Source: Callorhinchus milii (Eukaryota). Taken from it: a DNA stretch of 64,000 bases. Positions within the stretch are counted from its first letter, which is position 1; every line of letters begins with the position of its first letter. A model generated the notes under the pieces. It searched no databases and was not told where the DNA came from. It saw nothing but the letters and a program-made list of their open reading frames with translations. Location: positions 129,520,001 through 129,584,000 of the forward strand of contig NW_024704742.1 in assembly GCF_018977255.1 (NCBI RefSeq), in the 5' to 3' direction. Positions 1 to 14,300 of this stretch are shown here, in pieces. The position numbers and the translations under genes are program-made.

Positions 1-190
1 TTATGGCCACCTTCCCACTTGCCCCTTCTTTCTCCATCTTCAGGTCGCGCCTGAGGACCTTTCTATTCGACCATGCCTACCGTCACCACCACCCTCCCCC
101 CAGCTCGGCATTGTGTTCCTCCACTGTCAAGCACCCTGGGACGCTACCCTGTGTGAATAGCGCTATATAAATGAAAGTTATTGATGTTGA
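1..190 (+). mobile_element. L2 LINE 3' end
   Basis: ...FRSRLRTFLFDHAY end of ORF2, then stem-loop tail and TTG-like terminus. Confidence 0.75.
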
Positions 191-631
191 ATGGCATTTT
201 AGTTTTATCCAACGAACATAAAAAAAACTAATTACGAGTCAAAGAGGAATTAATCTGAAGCTTGAACAGGTAAATAATAACTACTGCATTTATCAAAAAT
301 AAAAATAATGGAAGAAAACGCAGAAGCATAACTTTCATCCATAATAACTACAAACATCTATTGCCCATCGCCAAAGGGCAATTATAAAATTTCAAGTGTA
401 AGGTCATTATCTACACAATTCCCACTGGAAATCTTTTCATGTGCATTTCTAGTTTCAAAAAAGAGAGCTTTTAATATTATTCAAATAGAGCTGAATACCT
501 TTAGACCAATTCAGTTTTGTCCAATAATTATACCTAAGAGCGAAAGCAGTCACAACTTAAGAAGTAAATTCATCACCATTATCTACGTGACTGAGTAATG
601 CTTAACTGAATGAGCAATACAATTCACAAAC

Positions 632-865
632 CTTGTAGTACGGAAGGCTCCTGCATAGGAAATTGTGTGTGGCCCACTAGTCTCGCTCATGCCGTAAAGC
701 TCATAGATTGGAATATGGAGGCTAAGGAAGAATTCCAGTGTTTCTTTAGTGATGGGTGCTGCTCCAGTGAAACACTTCCCACAGTGGTTCAAACCCAGTG
801 CTTTACGAACTTTCTTAAACACCAGGCTGTTTGCCAGTGAGTACCCACAGGGCATTACGTCATTT
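632..865 (-). CDS. ACSBG2-like: ACSBG-like exon NDVMP...FTGAAPI...[13 protein letters not shown]...
   Basis: tattgtag|A ... AG|gtttgt; 234 nt; GAAP and YGMSE motifs. Confidence 0.95.
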
Positions 866-3800
866 CTACAATAGAAAAGACGCAAGAATTGTGAAAAAGA
901 CGGGCGAAATGTGACAGATAATTGCACTCGAGTCCCACAAGTCATGGATTGAGTGAACAAATGCAGTAAAAAAATGCAGCGCGACATGGATAGGTTAGGT
1001 GATTGGGCAGGTGGCAGATGAAGTATAATGTAGGGAAGTGCGAAGTCATCCACCTAGGTAGCAAAAACAGTAGAGCAGATTATTTTTTTTAGAAGGGGAG
1101 AGATGGAATGTGTTAGTGTCCAGAGGGACTTGGGTGTCCTTGTACACCAATCACAGAAAGTTAGTCTGCAGGTGCAGCAGCAATTAGGAAGGCGAACGGT
1201 ATGTTAGCATTCATTATGAAAGGATTAGAGTATGCAGCTCAGTGGTTAGAGCACTCGCTTTGCAAGTGAGAGACCTGAATTCAATTCCAGACAGGGCGAA
1301 ACCTTGGGCAAGTTTCCTTACTCCACACGCCTAATAATAATCCCTCCAAAAACAATAATAAATTGGTCATTTTCAGGGATATCCTATTGTTGATGAGTTC
1401 TGACCTAAACAAACTCATCACACATAAATGGCAATTTTGTGTTTTGCGCTGCAGTTACACCTAGTGGCCGCGCGGACTCACAGTGGCGTTATGACATCAT
1501 GTTTCACAGAGCAAGTACGTACGCACGCATTCAGGCAAAGCCTGGCAGTGGTGAGGTGGAAGTTACCTCGAGTGGCTTTGCCTTTCAGGTGCTTTTCCTG
1601 TTGCTCCTGGTCAGATCCGGGCAGGGCCGTACCATACCAGATTTGGGCTGCTGGCGGGTGGAGAAACTAAAACCAGGGGTCACAACCTTAAAATCAGAGG
1701 CCAGCCCTTTCGCACTGAGTTGAGGAAGAACTTCTTCACTCAAAGGGTGGTGAATGTATGGAACTCACTACCCCAAAGGGCTGTTGACGCTCAGTCCACT
1801 GAGATAGATATATTTCTTATTGCAAAAGGGATTAAGGAATATGGGGATAAGGCAAGGTCAGGTTATTAGCTGGAGTTAGATTAGAAGATCAGCCATGATT
1901 GAATGGCGGGGCAGGCTCGAAGGGCCGAATGGCTTACTCCTGCTCCTACATGCTATGTTAAAAACTTGGATTTATATAGCGCCCTCCACGCTGGACGGCA
2001 TCTCAGAGTGCTTCACACTAACGGATCCCGGGGCTGAGCCTGGGGGAAGGGGAGGAAAGTAACCAAAGGTGCGGTTGAAAAGAAAGGTCTTCAGCAGAGA
2101 CCTGAAGGTAGGAAGACAAGGGGCGAGACGAAGGGAGTGAGGAAGGGAGTTCTAGAGCCTCGGGGCGTAGTCGCTGAAGGCACGGCTGCTGAGGGTGGAG
2201 CAGAGGACTCGGAGCCGAGGAGGAGTCCAGACCCGATGGAACAAAGGCAACGGGGGGTGTTTTGAGGAAAGAGGTCAGAGCGGTATGGGGGGTGCAGAGG
2301 AGTGGAGGGATTTGAAGACACGGGTGAGAATCTTGAAGTCGATCCTCTCTGGGACAGGCAGCCAGTGCAGTCTGGCAAGGACTGGGATTATCGGGGAGCG
2401 GAGTTTGGTGCAAGTAAGAATGTGGCGGGAGAGTTTTTTATAATCTGGATTTTATGGATGGTAGTGGAGGGGAAGCCGGCAAGGAGGGCATTTGAATAGT
2501 CCAGCCAGGAGGTGACAAAGGCATGGACCAGAGTATATCAAATGCAAGGATTATTATTATAGCGCCCTCCATGCAGGGCAGGGTCTCAAAGTGCTTAAAA
2601 GTGGCGGAGCCTGACTCTGAGCCAAAGTGGGTGGGGAAGGTAACCTTAATCATGGTCGAAAAGGAAGGTTTACAGGGGCGACTTGAAAAATGGGGATAGA
2701 GGGGGCAAGGTGAAGGGATTGAGGTAGTGTGTTCCAGAGTTTTGGGTCATAGTAACTGAATGCGCAACCTCCGATGGTGGAGTGGAGGGACAAGCAGGAG
2801 ACCAGTGCCAGTCAAGCGGAGATGCCGGGAAGTGGATTGAGTGAGGAGGTCGGAGAGGTAGGGAGGTTTCCAGAGAGTGAAGGGATTTGAACACAAGTGT
2901 GAGGATCTTGAAGTCAATCCATTTGGTGATGAAGAGCCAGTGGAGCCTGGTCAGAACTGGTGAGATGGGGGTACAGAGTTTGGTCCAGGCAAGTATGTGT
3001 GTAGTAGATGTATTTGAGAACACAACAACAACAACAACAACTTTCATTTATATAGCATCCTTCACATGGGGTAGCGTCCCGGACCACTTGTTAAAGCGCT
3101 CCCTAGGATGCTAGGGAGAAGGGAATAGAAGTGTATGGAAGGGTATGAGAGGGAGTAATGACTGGGTGGAGACTCGTGGAGTAGAAACACCAGCACATAC
3201 TGGTTGGGCTGAATGGTCTCTCTCCATGTTGTACAATCTATGTAAACGTAAACTCTATAGTGAAGCATTTTGCCAGTTAGTCCATTAGCGACTGGGAGCA
3301 AGACTAATGACTGTCAATCTTAAGTGCTTTCGGGACCTTTCTTTTAAGTGTTAAAAGCTACACGCTTCCGAAACAGCAAGCAGAGCATCTTTAACCTACC
3401 CAGCCATAATGTTCTCACTCGCTCTCAAGCCCAGACGCTTTGCCCAAGCTGCAATCTTCCGCTTCAGAGCTGATGATTTAAGTCCAGCTTCCCTCAATTT
3501 TTCCTGTAACTTCTCCCACACGCGGGGCACTCCTAAAAAGCTTGTGGGCTGTACTTCTCTCAGGGTGATCACCAAGGAACCCTGAAAATAGAAGAACAAA
3601 ATCACATTTCTTAAAAACGCCCTACCAGATTTTGTTGGTTAAAACAAAACACAACATTCAGATTTCAGTATTAATAATGATAATAATCCTTGCATTTGAT
3701 TATAGCGCCTTATCATGTCGTTGAGACGTCTCAAAGAGCTTCGCAGAGTATACTGTAAAGTGGATTTTGCACCCAAAAAGCCATCCGGTTTCTCACCTGC

Positions 3801-5290
3801 ACAAAAGGTGACAGAGAAAGTAACCTGATCGCCATTTTCTAAGCATAGGCAGCTAGCAAGCTTTTCTGCACACAATTACAGTGAATACAGAAGTGTTGAC
3901 CATCGATGGTGCTAATTATAAAGTGAGTCGGGATTTAATGATCCCCCCACCCCCACGGCACCCATCCCTCCCAAACAAGCATGTTATAACATGGGTCTAC
4001 TTTAGTAAAGAAACAAAACAGTAACAAGGGAGAAACAAGATAACGCCAAGTTTTCAAAGAACAGATCTGGTTTTCGTTCAATGCCGTGTGGATTAGTGAG
4101 ATGAAAATCTTTCGGCCACTGGCTATGCAATGGTTTAGTGTAAAATAAGTGAGGGAAATGAGTTTGAGCTAAAAACATATGCTCACACCAAGGTTCATGT
4201 TGAAATGTTAAATTTGGTCACTCAATCCAAGATTGTCTGTGGGACACTGTTGTTCAATTTCACAGGACTATCATCATCATCCTGATGATTAACCAAAAAC
4301 AGGGCCTTCAATGTGTCCAACTGGGAGAACAGTAGGTGTCAAGTGCAAAATAGTCTTTTCCTTTTAAGTCAAGCTACTGAAAAGTAAATTGCTAGATGGC
4401 AGCTAAAATTCCCTATTAATGGTGAATCGATCCCTGAGGTTTTGTACAAAAGTGAATGTAACGGTAAAACCTTTTTGAAGATGGAGATAATGCTGCAGTT
4501 TCAAATTACCTACCTTGAGTGCATCTGCATCTGCAAAAAATGTGGTCCCTCCATATCTTATTGGAATCCAGAGGTCAAACATTTGTGCCGCAATATGACT
4601 CAAAGGCAGATAACTCACAATACGCTCATGTTCACCCAGAATGTCAGCCCCCACCATTTTCCCTGCACAATATGAAGTCCATGTTATCTGGAAAAAGAAT
4701 AGTACATGACCACAGTCCACCATAAAATATCAGAGACCAACAAATTAGAATCACAGAATGCTGCATCGTGCCTGTGCCAGCTCTTTGAAAGAGCTATCCA
4801 ATTAGTCCGACTCCCTTGCTCTTTCCCCATAGCCTTGTAATTTTTTTTCAAGTAAATATCTACTTCCCTTTTGAAAATTATTATTATATCTGCTTCCACC
4901 ACCCTTTCAGGCAGTGCATTCCAAACCGTAACAACTCTCTGCATAAAAAAATGTCTCCTCATCTCCCCTCTGGTTCTTTTGCCAATGATCTTGAATCTGT
5001 GACCTCTGGTTACCAACCCAGTGGAAACAGTTTCTCCTTATCAAAGCCCCTCCTTATCAAAGTCCCTCATAATTTTGAACACCTCTATTAAATCTAATCT
5101 AATTATTTTTACAAGGAGTCAAAGAGAAGAATGATGAAGAGGAGCATTAAAGAGTACGAGGAGCGAGTAGGAGAGTGGGATTAGATTATAATAACAACTT
5201 ACATTTATAAAGCAACATTCACACAGGTCAGGGTCTCAGAGCCCTCCCTCAACAGTGGTAGAGCTTGATGCCAAGCCACAGAGAGAGAGC

Positions 5291-5324
<34 letters not shown>

Positions 5325-8300
5325 AGGGAGGTGACCAGATGTGGGGTAGGAAGGACAAATGTGGACTGAATCCAATCCTTTGGTGCATAGGTTCAGTAAG
5401 TCTGAGGGATAGGCCAGCGAGGTTAAGGAGGTCGGAGCCATAGATGAGAAGACAGGAGTCATGGAGGATGACTTCTGTCTCGTTAACATTAAGCTTCAGA
5501 AAGCTGGTGCTCATCCACACTCAATGTCTATGGATGACAACAACGAGACAGAACAAGTAAATGAGAAAAAGGAATCAAGGATAGAGCCTTGGGATATGTC
5601 ACAGGTGTAAGTGGTGGAGATTAACAACAACAACAAAATTACATCATTAAGGCGCTTTTCACATTGGGAGGACGTCCCAAAGCACTGAACAGTCAGGTGT
5701 TGGGGCCCGAGTATGGGGGAGGGGTGGTGTAGGGGTGAGGGAAGGCAGAGAGGTGGGAGGGAGACCAAAAGCACGATCGAAGAGAAGGATCTTGAGTCCG
5801 GCCTTGAAGGATGCGAGGGAGGAAGTGAGGTGAAGGGACTGTGGGATGGAATTCCAGAGTGTGGGGGCAGAGTGGCTAAAAGCCCGGCCACCGATGGTAG
5901 AGCGGGTCGGGCGGGAGACATGGAGCAGGCCGGAGCCCGATGAACAGAGGGAGTGGGCAGGTTGGTAGGGAGTCAGCAGGTCAGAGAGGTAGGAGGGGCA
6001 AGGCCATGGATGGCCTTAAAGATGAGGACTAGGATCTTGAACTCGATCCTCTGGGAGATGGGGAGACAGTGGAGTTGGGCGAGGGTGGGAGTGATGGGGT
6101 CGCGGAGCCTGGTGCATGAGAGTACACGAGCTGCAGAGTTTTGGATGACCTGAAGCTTGTGAAGGGAAGAGTTGGGAAGGCCGATGAGGAGGGAGTTCCC
6201 GTAATCAAGCCTTGACGAATGCGTGGGTGAGGGTTTCGGCAGCCTGAGGGGTGAGGCAGTGGCAGAGTCTGACAATGTTGCGGAGGTGGTAGTAGGCAGT
6301 GCCAGCCTTGACGCAGATGTGGGGGAGAAAGGACAGTTCAGGGTCGAACAAGATACCCAGGTTCCTGACTGGCTTCGTGAGGTTGAGTGTGCAGCCATGG
6401 AGGCTGATGCTGCCAGCGCTTGAGATGCAGAGGCGCTGGCACAAGCCAATCAGGAGGGCCTCGGTCTTGCTAACGTTAAGTTGGAGAAAGTTGTCCCTCG
6501 TCCAGGACTTGATGTCGGACAGGCAGTCAGTCAGTCAGGACGCCAGTAGTCCTGGAGTTCAGGGTGGAGGCAGAGAGGTAGAGTTGGGTGTCATCCGCCT
6601 ACATGTGGAAATTTACCCCATGTCTGCAGATGATGTTACCAAGGGGCAGCATGTAGAAGGTGAAGAGGAGGGGACCGAAGACAGAGCACTGAGCAACACC
6701 GCATGAGACAGTGCCGGGGTTGGAGGAGGAGCCATTTGCCACGACGAAGTGGAGGCTGTGTGAAAGGTAGGAGCTGAACCAGTCAAGGACAGAACCTTGA
6801 AGGTTGAGGTGGGAGAAGAGGCAGTGGAGGATGATTGAGTGGTCCACGATGTCAAAGGCGGCAGAGAGGTCGAGGAGGATGAGGAGGCAGAGGGAGCCCT
6901 GCTCACACATGGTCAGGATGTCATTTGTGACCTTGACCAGAGCAGTTTCCGTGCTGTGGGCAGCACAGAAACCCAATTGGAGGGGTTTATGGAGGGAGTG
7001 GGAGGAGGAGAGGTTAAGTGATGCATGGAGAAAACATCAGTGCTGACTTGATGAGCCAAGTCGGTCTTTCCTGTGCTGTAATGTTCTATGATCAATCAGT
7101 AAGAACAATTTCAATCCAGTTATTCTACCTGTCAGAATAAGAATGTTAAGGGAGTAATATGCCTATAAAATAGACAGTCATTACATTTTACAGTAAATTT
7201 GTGAATTGCTTTGAGTTGTCCTTCCAACCTGAAAAGCGCTATAACTAATGCAAGAGTGCAATAATAATTATTATTATAAGGTATATGTTATATATCAACT
7301 TATTATCTCCCACCCTCTGAAATTCCATCCCAGAGTGCCCTGTGTCCTTCCTTCACCTCTTTCAAGGTCCATATCAAGACCTTTCTCTTTGAGCACATTA
7401 TCAGTCACCTCTCCCCCTCACTCGGTCACACACCCCAACTCAGACGTCAACCCAGGACTTGCACCTTGGGATGTCCTCCTGAAGTGAAAGGAGCTATACA
7501 AATTTGTATTGTTGTATAGTAATGCAAGAACTTACATTATCGTGGCTGAGCATGACTCCTTTGGGATTTCCTGTGGTGCCAGATGTGTATATAATCAAAC
7601 AACACTGATTGGCATTCTGCTTCTCAATAATATCATCCAGCTTCTTATCCGAGACTTTTGCCCCCAGTTCCATAAATTGCCTCCACTTGAAATAAAGATT
7701 TAATATATATATATATATTGTGTCGTTTAAGCAAAATCTTGACATGTCTGCATTTAAAATTTAAAAACAACAACTCCAATGATGAAGTGGATAGAGCTAC
7801 AGCTTACAGACCAGAAGCTTAGGTAAGCAGGATGCGTCCCTCCATGGAGACAGTTTTGACCAGGAACACACATGTCAGCCATGCCGAAGTCAGGAGGAAA
7901 CGCTACATTTTACACCCCTATAACTGAGCAGGTAACCATTTCAGGAGGACTTACTGTGTAAACGTTCGGAAGAATTTCTTTCAGGTGACCCTTGTACTGA
8001 ACAATCGCTTTGAGATGGGGCAATTTATTTTGGATCTAAAGATAAAGATAATAAGTTAGTCAAGTTTTTTTCCTCCCTCCTCACCATCTTCCTACCCTCC
8101 TTTAACTAATCCTCCCGAAGGTTTTAAAGCTCTGTTACTTCTATTGGACGGCCTTTCCAAAGACAGCCTCCAGAACCTTGTTCATTTACCTGGCCCAAGT
8201 GATCCTGGACAGCTTCTGTTCCACTCTAAAGGATTCTATCCTCTCACGAATATCCACACATGTAGAACCTCCCTACAGGGATTTCCAACAGCAGCAACCA

Positions 8301-11300
8301 GGAATGAGACCATATGCAACATCCTATTATTGCCTCTTGTGAAATCAACCATCAGAGCCCAGCCTGAGGGATCAGATCCTACAACCTTCTTATCTGTGTG
8401 GTCCGCACTTTCACTCAGCATCGACTTTGCCCGCAAGTGCATCAAGATAATCAGGTGCTTCATTATACAGTTTACTTGTCCAATACCTTTAATAATTAGA
8501 GTGTAAAGCAACTTCCAAAGTCTTGATCTTCCCTACCTCTATACCCTGCTAAACTCATACCAACCTGTCTGGTCGGCAGACTGTGGCCTGCTCCACATCC
8601 CCCACCCAGCCCGTCCCACTATGTGCGGTCAGCCTTTCTGCCCCCACCCTTTGGATCTCCATCCTAGATTCCCATCGCCTCACCCACTCTCCTTGCCTCC
8701 TTCAAGGACCACCTCAAGACCTTCCTCTTTGACCGTATCAAATTACCAGATGTTTCCACTTGTATAAAATCCTCTTTTCATTTCAAACGCAAAGACAAAT
8801 CTTAAAACAAAAGCCGTACCTTGAGGATTTTCTCCAGTTGTTTGTGGTTCTCCACCACCAGAATATTTGCCTTGCAGTCGAAGGCCACATATTGACACGC
8901 TTCGGGCGAGTTTGTTGTGTAAATCCCAACAGACACACCACTGCAGACATTGAGAAAATAAATTATATACAATAACTCCCATTCAGATAGCACCTTATAT
9001 AATAATAATAATCCTTGCATTTGATATAGCGCTTTTTACGTCGGGAGGACGTCCCAAAGCGCTTCACAGAACACACTGTAAAGTGAATTGACTGTATATT
9101 TGTGGGCGAACCCGGCAGCCAATTGCACACAGCAATGTCCCACAAACAGTCGTAGATTGAAAATGACCGATTTATTATTGTTTTTGGTTTTTGGAGGGAT
9201 TATTATTTCCATGTATATATCTTTCCATGTATGTGCAAAAAAAGGCTCAAAGCATTTCATAAAATATATTTTTTTTTAAAAATAAGACAGAATCTTGTTA
9301 AATAGATGTAGGTGAAGGAAAGCCAAGCAAGCAAAAGTTTGAATGTAACGCTTAAAGGATAGCTGAGGATCGAACAAGACTTCCAAGTTCTACAGCGGCT
9401 CCTTGAGGTGCAGGTTGAATCCGTACAGGCCAATTAAGCCAGACCCTGAGATGAGAAGATGCTGACAGGAGCCAAGCAGGAGAGCCTTGGTTTTGATGGA
9501 TTCAACTGAAGAAAAAACTCATCCAGGACTTGCTGTCTGACAGGTAATTGGTCAGGAAAGCAGTGGTTCTGGAATCAAGGGTAGAGGCAGAGAGGAAGAG
9601 TTAGGTGTCATTTGCATACATGTGGAAATGGACCCCATGCCAGTGGAAGATATCACCAGGTGGGAGTGAGTATACTGATGGTGTAAATGGGAGGAATGAG
9701 GATAGAGGCCATGTGTGTGTGACTGTGCAAAGGCAGGAGGAGAAGCTATTGGGAACATTTAAAGACACTGGGATACAACTAAAGAGAAATGTTACCCTCC
9801 CAGAATCGCTCCCATGTTTGCAAAGAACCACTCTGGAGAATTGAATCCGATGATACCAACTCCATGGTACAGCTCCAGGCCAAGCTGTGAACACAATAAG
9901 ACAGACATTTTACAAGTTGCTCTTGCTCAAAAAATAGGCACAAAATAAAACCTGTTATGAAAGCTTAACACTGCAAATCGTTCTGTGTAATTACAAATAA
10001 CAAAACGGTCTAAAACCACGAGTTTGAATTCTGAGGGGTTCATTCCTATACTGTCTACAAAACAAGGCAATTTTACATTTATATGACGCCTTTCACGTCA
10101 GGAGGACTTCCCAAGGATCTTAACCAGACCTGGGGATGGGAGCTGAGGATTAGGGAACAGAAAGATGATGGAAAGAGCTAGATTGAGATGAACCTTTGAT
10201 GAAGGAGAGAGATCGAGGGGCCCCTGGGATGGAGTTCCAGAGAGTGGGGGCGGCAGCGAGGCTGAAGGCCCATCTGCCAGTGGTGGGATAGGAGACATGA
10301 AGCAGTCTGGTGCCTGCTGAGTGAAAGGAGCAGTTGGGTGAGTTGGGTTTGGCGAGGTTGCAGAGCTAGGGTGAGGTGAGACTGTAGAAGGATTTGAAGA
10401 TGAGAATAAAAATCTTGATCTCCATCTGGTAGAGGATAGGGAGTCAATGGAGCCAGGCAAGCATAGGGGGGATTTGGCTCACGGGGCCTGGTGTGGAAAA
10501 GGATGTAGCTGCAGACTTCTGCAAAGTCTGCAGCTTGTGCAGGGAGGCAAAGAGAGCATTTGCGCTATCAAGCCTGGATGTGATAAATGCAGGGATGAGG
10601 GTCTCGGTGGCCTCAGTGAGAGGTGATGGGTGGAGGTGGGCGATGGTTCCGATATGGGAGAACGCTGAGCAGGTCAGAGTACAGATATGGAATTAAAATG
10701 CTGATGTTTGCAGGGATATCTTTCCAGGCTTCCTGAGAGCTCAGCAAGTCATTCTTCAGTTTGGAGCCGAAGCTACGAGGGGGAGATGTCCAATGCTTTT
10801 CTCACCCAATTTCCCCACGTTAGAGAGCAATTGGGAACAGGAGGCTCAACTGAATTTTTCCGCTCTGATCCAGAGGTGCTGTGTGTAACTGCAATACAAT
10901 TACCAACAGTTGCAGCCAGGGACAGATTTAAACTATTTGTGATTCAAAAAGGACCTTAAAACTGATAAGAGCTAGATTCGATCTACACATTTCATCTCAC
11001 TGAGACTGATGAAACTTTACAATTCCTCTTCCAAAATAGTCAGTCATCACCTTAAAAACTTTAAATGTCATCTTAATTTAGGCAATATGGACCTACATAT
11101 AGAAAGCTTTTTGCCGCCCTTCTGGATTCATTGTAGAATTCTCGGTAGGATATCTTGTGCCAGTTCTCTTCATGCTTGTAAGCTAAAGCGATATGTTTTT
11201 GATACTTCTCCATAGAGTGCTTGAACATTTGATGAATTGTGATAGGAGCTTCTGAACCAGGCCCAAACTTCTCCATTCGGATCTTAACTGTCTGACGTAT

Positions 11301-14300
11301 GTCTGACGTCCACAGGTTGTTTGAAGCGTCAATGTGAAGCAATGATGGTACAATAATTGCAGAAAATGGAGTAACTGTAACTGAAGCAAACCAATGAGAA
11401 TTCTCTGTTAGTAAATTGTGGTGACTTAAGTGATAGTGACACGGTAAACCAGGGTTTTGGTTATTGCATTGCACCCTGAGATTATTTGAAAGCTTCCTCT
11501 TCCCTAGGCAGCCATTGCAACTAACTTGACTAAGGATAGTTTGAAATGACTACAGAACTTCTGATAGTCATTTGAGTATAACTGTGGGATTGGGTTGCAT
11601 TCCCTTCAATGCACAAAAGTAACTGAATTCTTCATTACATGCAAAGCAGATATTACTATTTTAATTAAAGTGGCCCATTTTATGATGTGCTAACTATTGT
11701 ATAACTACTTGAATGCATTAATTATAATGTTGGCTGGAGCAGAGACACAGAAATTATAGCTGCTAAAAACAATGTCAATGAAATTAACACCTTAGCCTGA
11801 ATACTTGCCTTATGTAATAGTGACAGCTCTTCCCTCTGCCCTATAGAATATTCTCTTCCCACACTTCCAGCCCTTATCTCTGCTAAATCCTGTATCAGGC
11901 CTCCACAAGTAAACATTTGTGAAACAAAATACCCAGTGGGTTAAAATGTAGAGATTTTAACAACTGCATTCTACTGAACAGGCACAAGGCTATCTTATTC
12001 GAGGATGATGGGCGAAGATGTGGGTGATAGGCTCGCACAGCCTGGTGCGGGAGAGATGCAATAGCGGGGGTGGGCGGAGGGATACTCATTCTTTGGATCA
12101 AGGATGGCCAACTTGTGGCCCATGGGCCTGGACTCTTCTATGGATTGGCCATCCCTGCTTTACATCATGGCAGGTCTTTTAAACCCACTTTCCTGCCCTT
12201 TCCCATTATCCCCTAAATACCTCTTATCTCCCAATTATTCATCCATCTTCTATTTAAATATCCCAATTAATTTTGCATCTAATGCTTCTAAGCTTCTAAG
12301 GAAGTGCATTCCATTCTCACAATTTGTGGAGGAGACTTCCAGCTTCCAGTGAGGGCCAACAAGGCGGTGGGTGGGGGGGAGAGTAATCAAAGGCACAATC
12401 AAGGAGGAAGGTCTTGAGTCGGACCTTGAAGGATGCAAGAAAAGGGACAAGGTGAAGGTACTTCAGGATGGAGGTACAGAGAATGGAGACAGGAAGGCTG
12501 AAAGCCCGACTGAATGGTGGATTGGGCAGGGCAGAGGACGTGGAGCAGGCCAGTGCCTGCCGCCGATGGATCAGGCGGCATGGTAGAGCTTAAGAAGGTC
12601 ACAGAGATAGGGTGGGGCAAGAGTGTGGAGGGATTTAAAAGTGAGGACGAGGATCTTGAACTCAATCCAATGGGAGATGGAGATCCAATGGAGCCAAGCA
12701 AGGTTGGGAATGATAGGCTCAGAGAGCCTATGCAGGAGAAGACATGAGCTGCAGCTTGTGGAAGAGTTGGTATATCCGGAAAGGAGAGAATTGACAATGT
12801 CTCCGCAGTCTGAGGGGACAGGTAGTAGCAGAGGCAGGAATGTTGCAGATGTGGGGAAAAGCTGAATGGGTCATGAGTACAGCTATGGGGTTTTGGGGAC
12901 AGTTGAGAGTTGAACAAGACACCAAGGTTCTGCACTGGCTCCATGGCATGGAGTGTGCATCCATGTAGGATGATGCTGACAGTGCCTGAGGTGAGAATGC
13001 ACTGATGGGAGTAAAACAGAAAACCCTCTGTCTTGTCAACATTCAACTTGAGAAAGTTAGTTCTCATCCAGGACTTGATGCTCCCCTGGCAATCGGTAAG
13101 AACAACAGTGGTCGTGGAGTCGAGGCTGGAGGCCAAGAGATAGAATTGGATGGCATCTGTGCACATTTGGAAGTTAACGCCATGCCTGCGCACAGCATTG
13201 TTGAGCAGGAGCATGTAGGGCAGCATAGGTTATGTAAGGTACATTATTGGGTTAATGTAGAGGGAGATCTATACTCTGCATCTATCTCAAACTATACCTG
13301 ACCTCGGATTTCTTCACGTTTACAGCAGGAACATTGACAGAGCTGCCCACAGCAGTTTGTTTCCTCGCCTTGAACACAAAATCAAACATCTTAACTGAAA
13401 GACAAGTTGAAAGAATCCACCAAAATAAACCGCCATCCAATGAAGAGGAGTAATCGCTTACTCCTGGTTATATGGAATAGATTAATTGAATCTTACAGCA
13501 CAGAATGAGGCATTTGGCCCATCGTGCCTATGCCAACTCTTTGAAAGAGCTACCACCTCGTCCACAAAGTCCTGTTACCCCCATGCATGTGATTTTTTTT
13601 TAACATAGTGCACTGACCAACAACTGAATTATGTGGAAGAATAATGATAATTTTATGTGGAATCATTCAATAGTATTCAGGAGAAGTGTTTAACTGTAGT
13701 TAGACTTCCAGAGGGTCGGTGTGAGCGAGCACTATAATTTTCATGGCAGTTAATGATCTGTCGCCATCTTCCGTAACATGATGGAGTGACGAGGCAAAAT
13801 GCATCTCTGACAGCTTGTTTCAGCTCCTTCGTGATCTCATATCACTGTAACGGGAGGTAAGAGGACTTTGTGGATCTGTTTGGCCCTACACCAGTTAAAC
13901 TTCCACTTAGAGAGAACGAAAAAAATCTTACGACTCGGTACAAAACTATTCCCTTGGCAAGGTGCTAAATGGGCAAATCTCGCAGCAAAAATTCTGCTGG
14001 AGCAAAGGGAAGAGGTGGTGGAGAAAGACAGAGTGATTCACATTGACCAAGGCAAGATCAAGAAGGACAGTGAAGACCTTTCTTTTCGACCATGCCTTTG
14101 GTCACCTGCCTCCCCTTCCCCTGGCTCGGTCACGGGATCCATTACTGTAAAGCGCTCTGAGACGCCGTCCGGCATGGAGGGCGATATAAATCCAAGTTGT
14201 TGTTGTTGAAGCAAAGGGAGCCTGGACACAGATGGAGAATTTGGTTGGTAACTGTTCAAGGTAGTTGGTGCTGTGGATGGGAGGAAAAGCGATTTGGAGG

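Noticed and set aside
866..1053. N-terminal part of ORF 583-1053
   Set aside because: Intronic; it is the antisense of CR1/SINE fragments upstream of the acceptor at 866.
5973..6976. Reverse-transcriptase ORFs (also 12399, 18942, 35371, 52908) as a host gene or retron-like system
   Set aside because: They are 5'-truncated, frameshifted L2 LINE copies with LINE tails.
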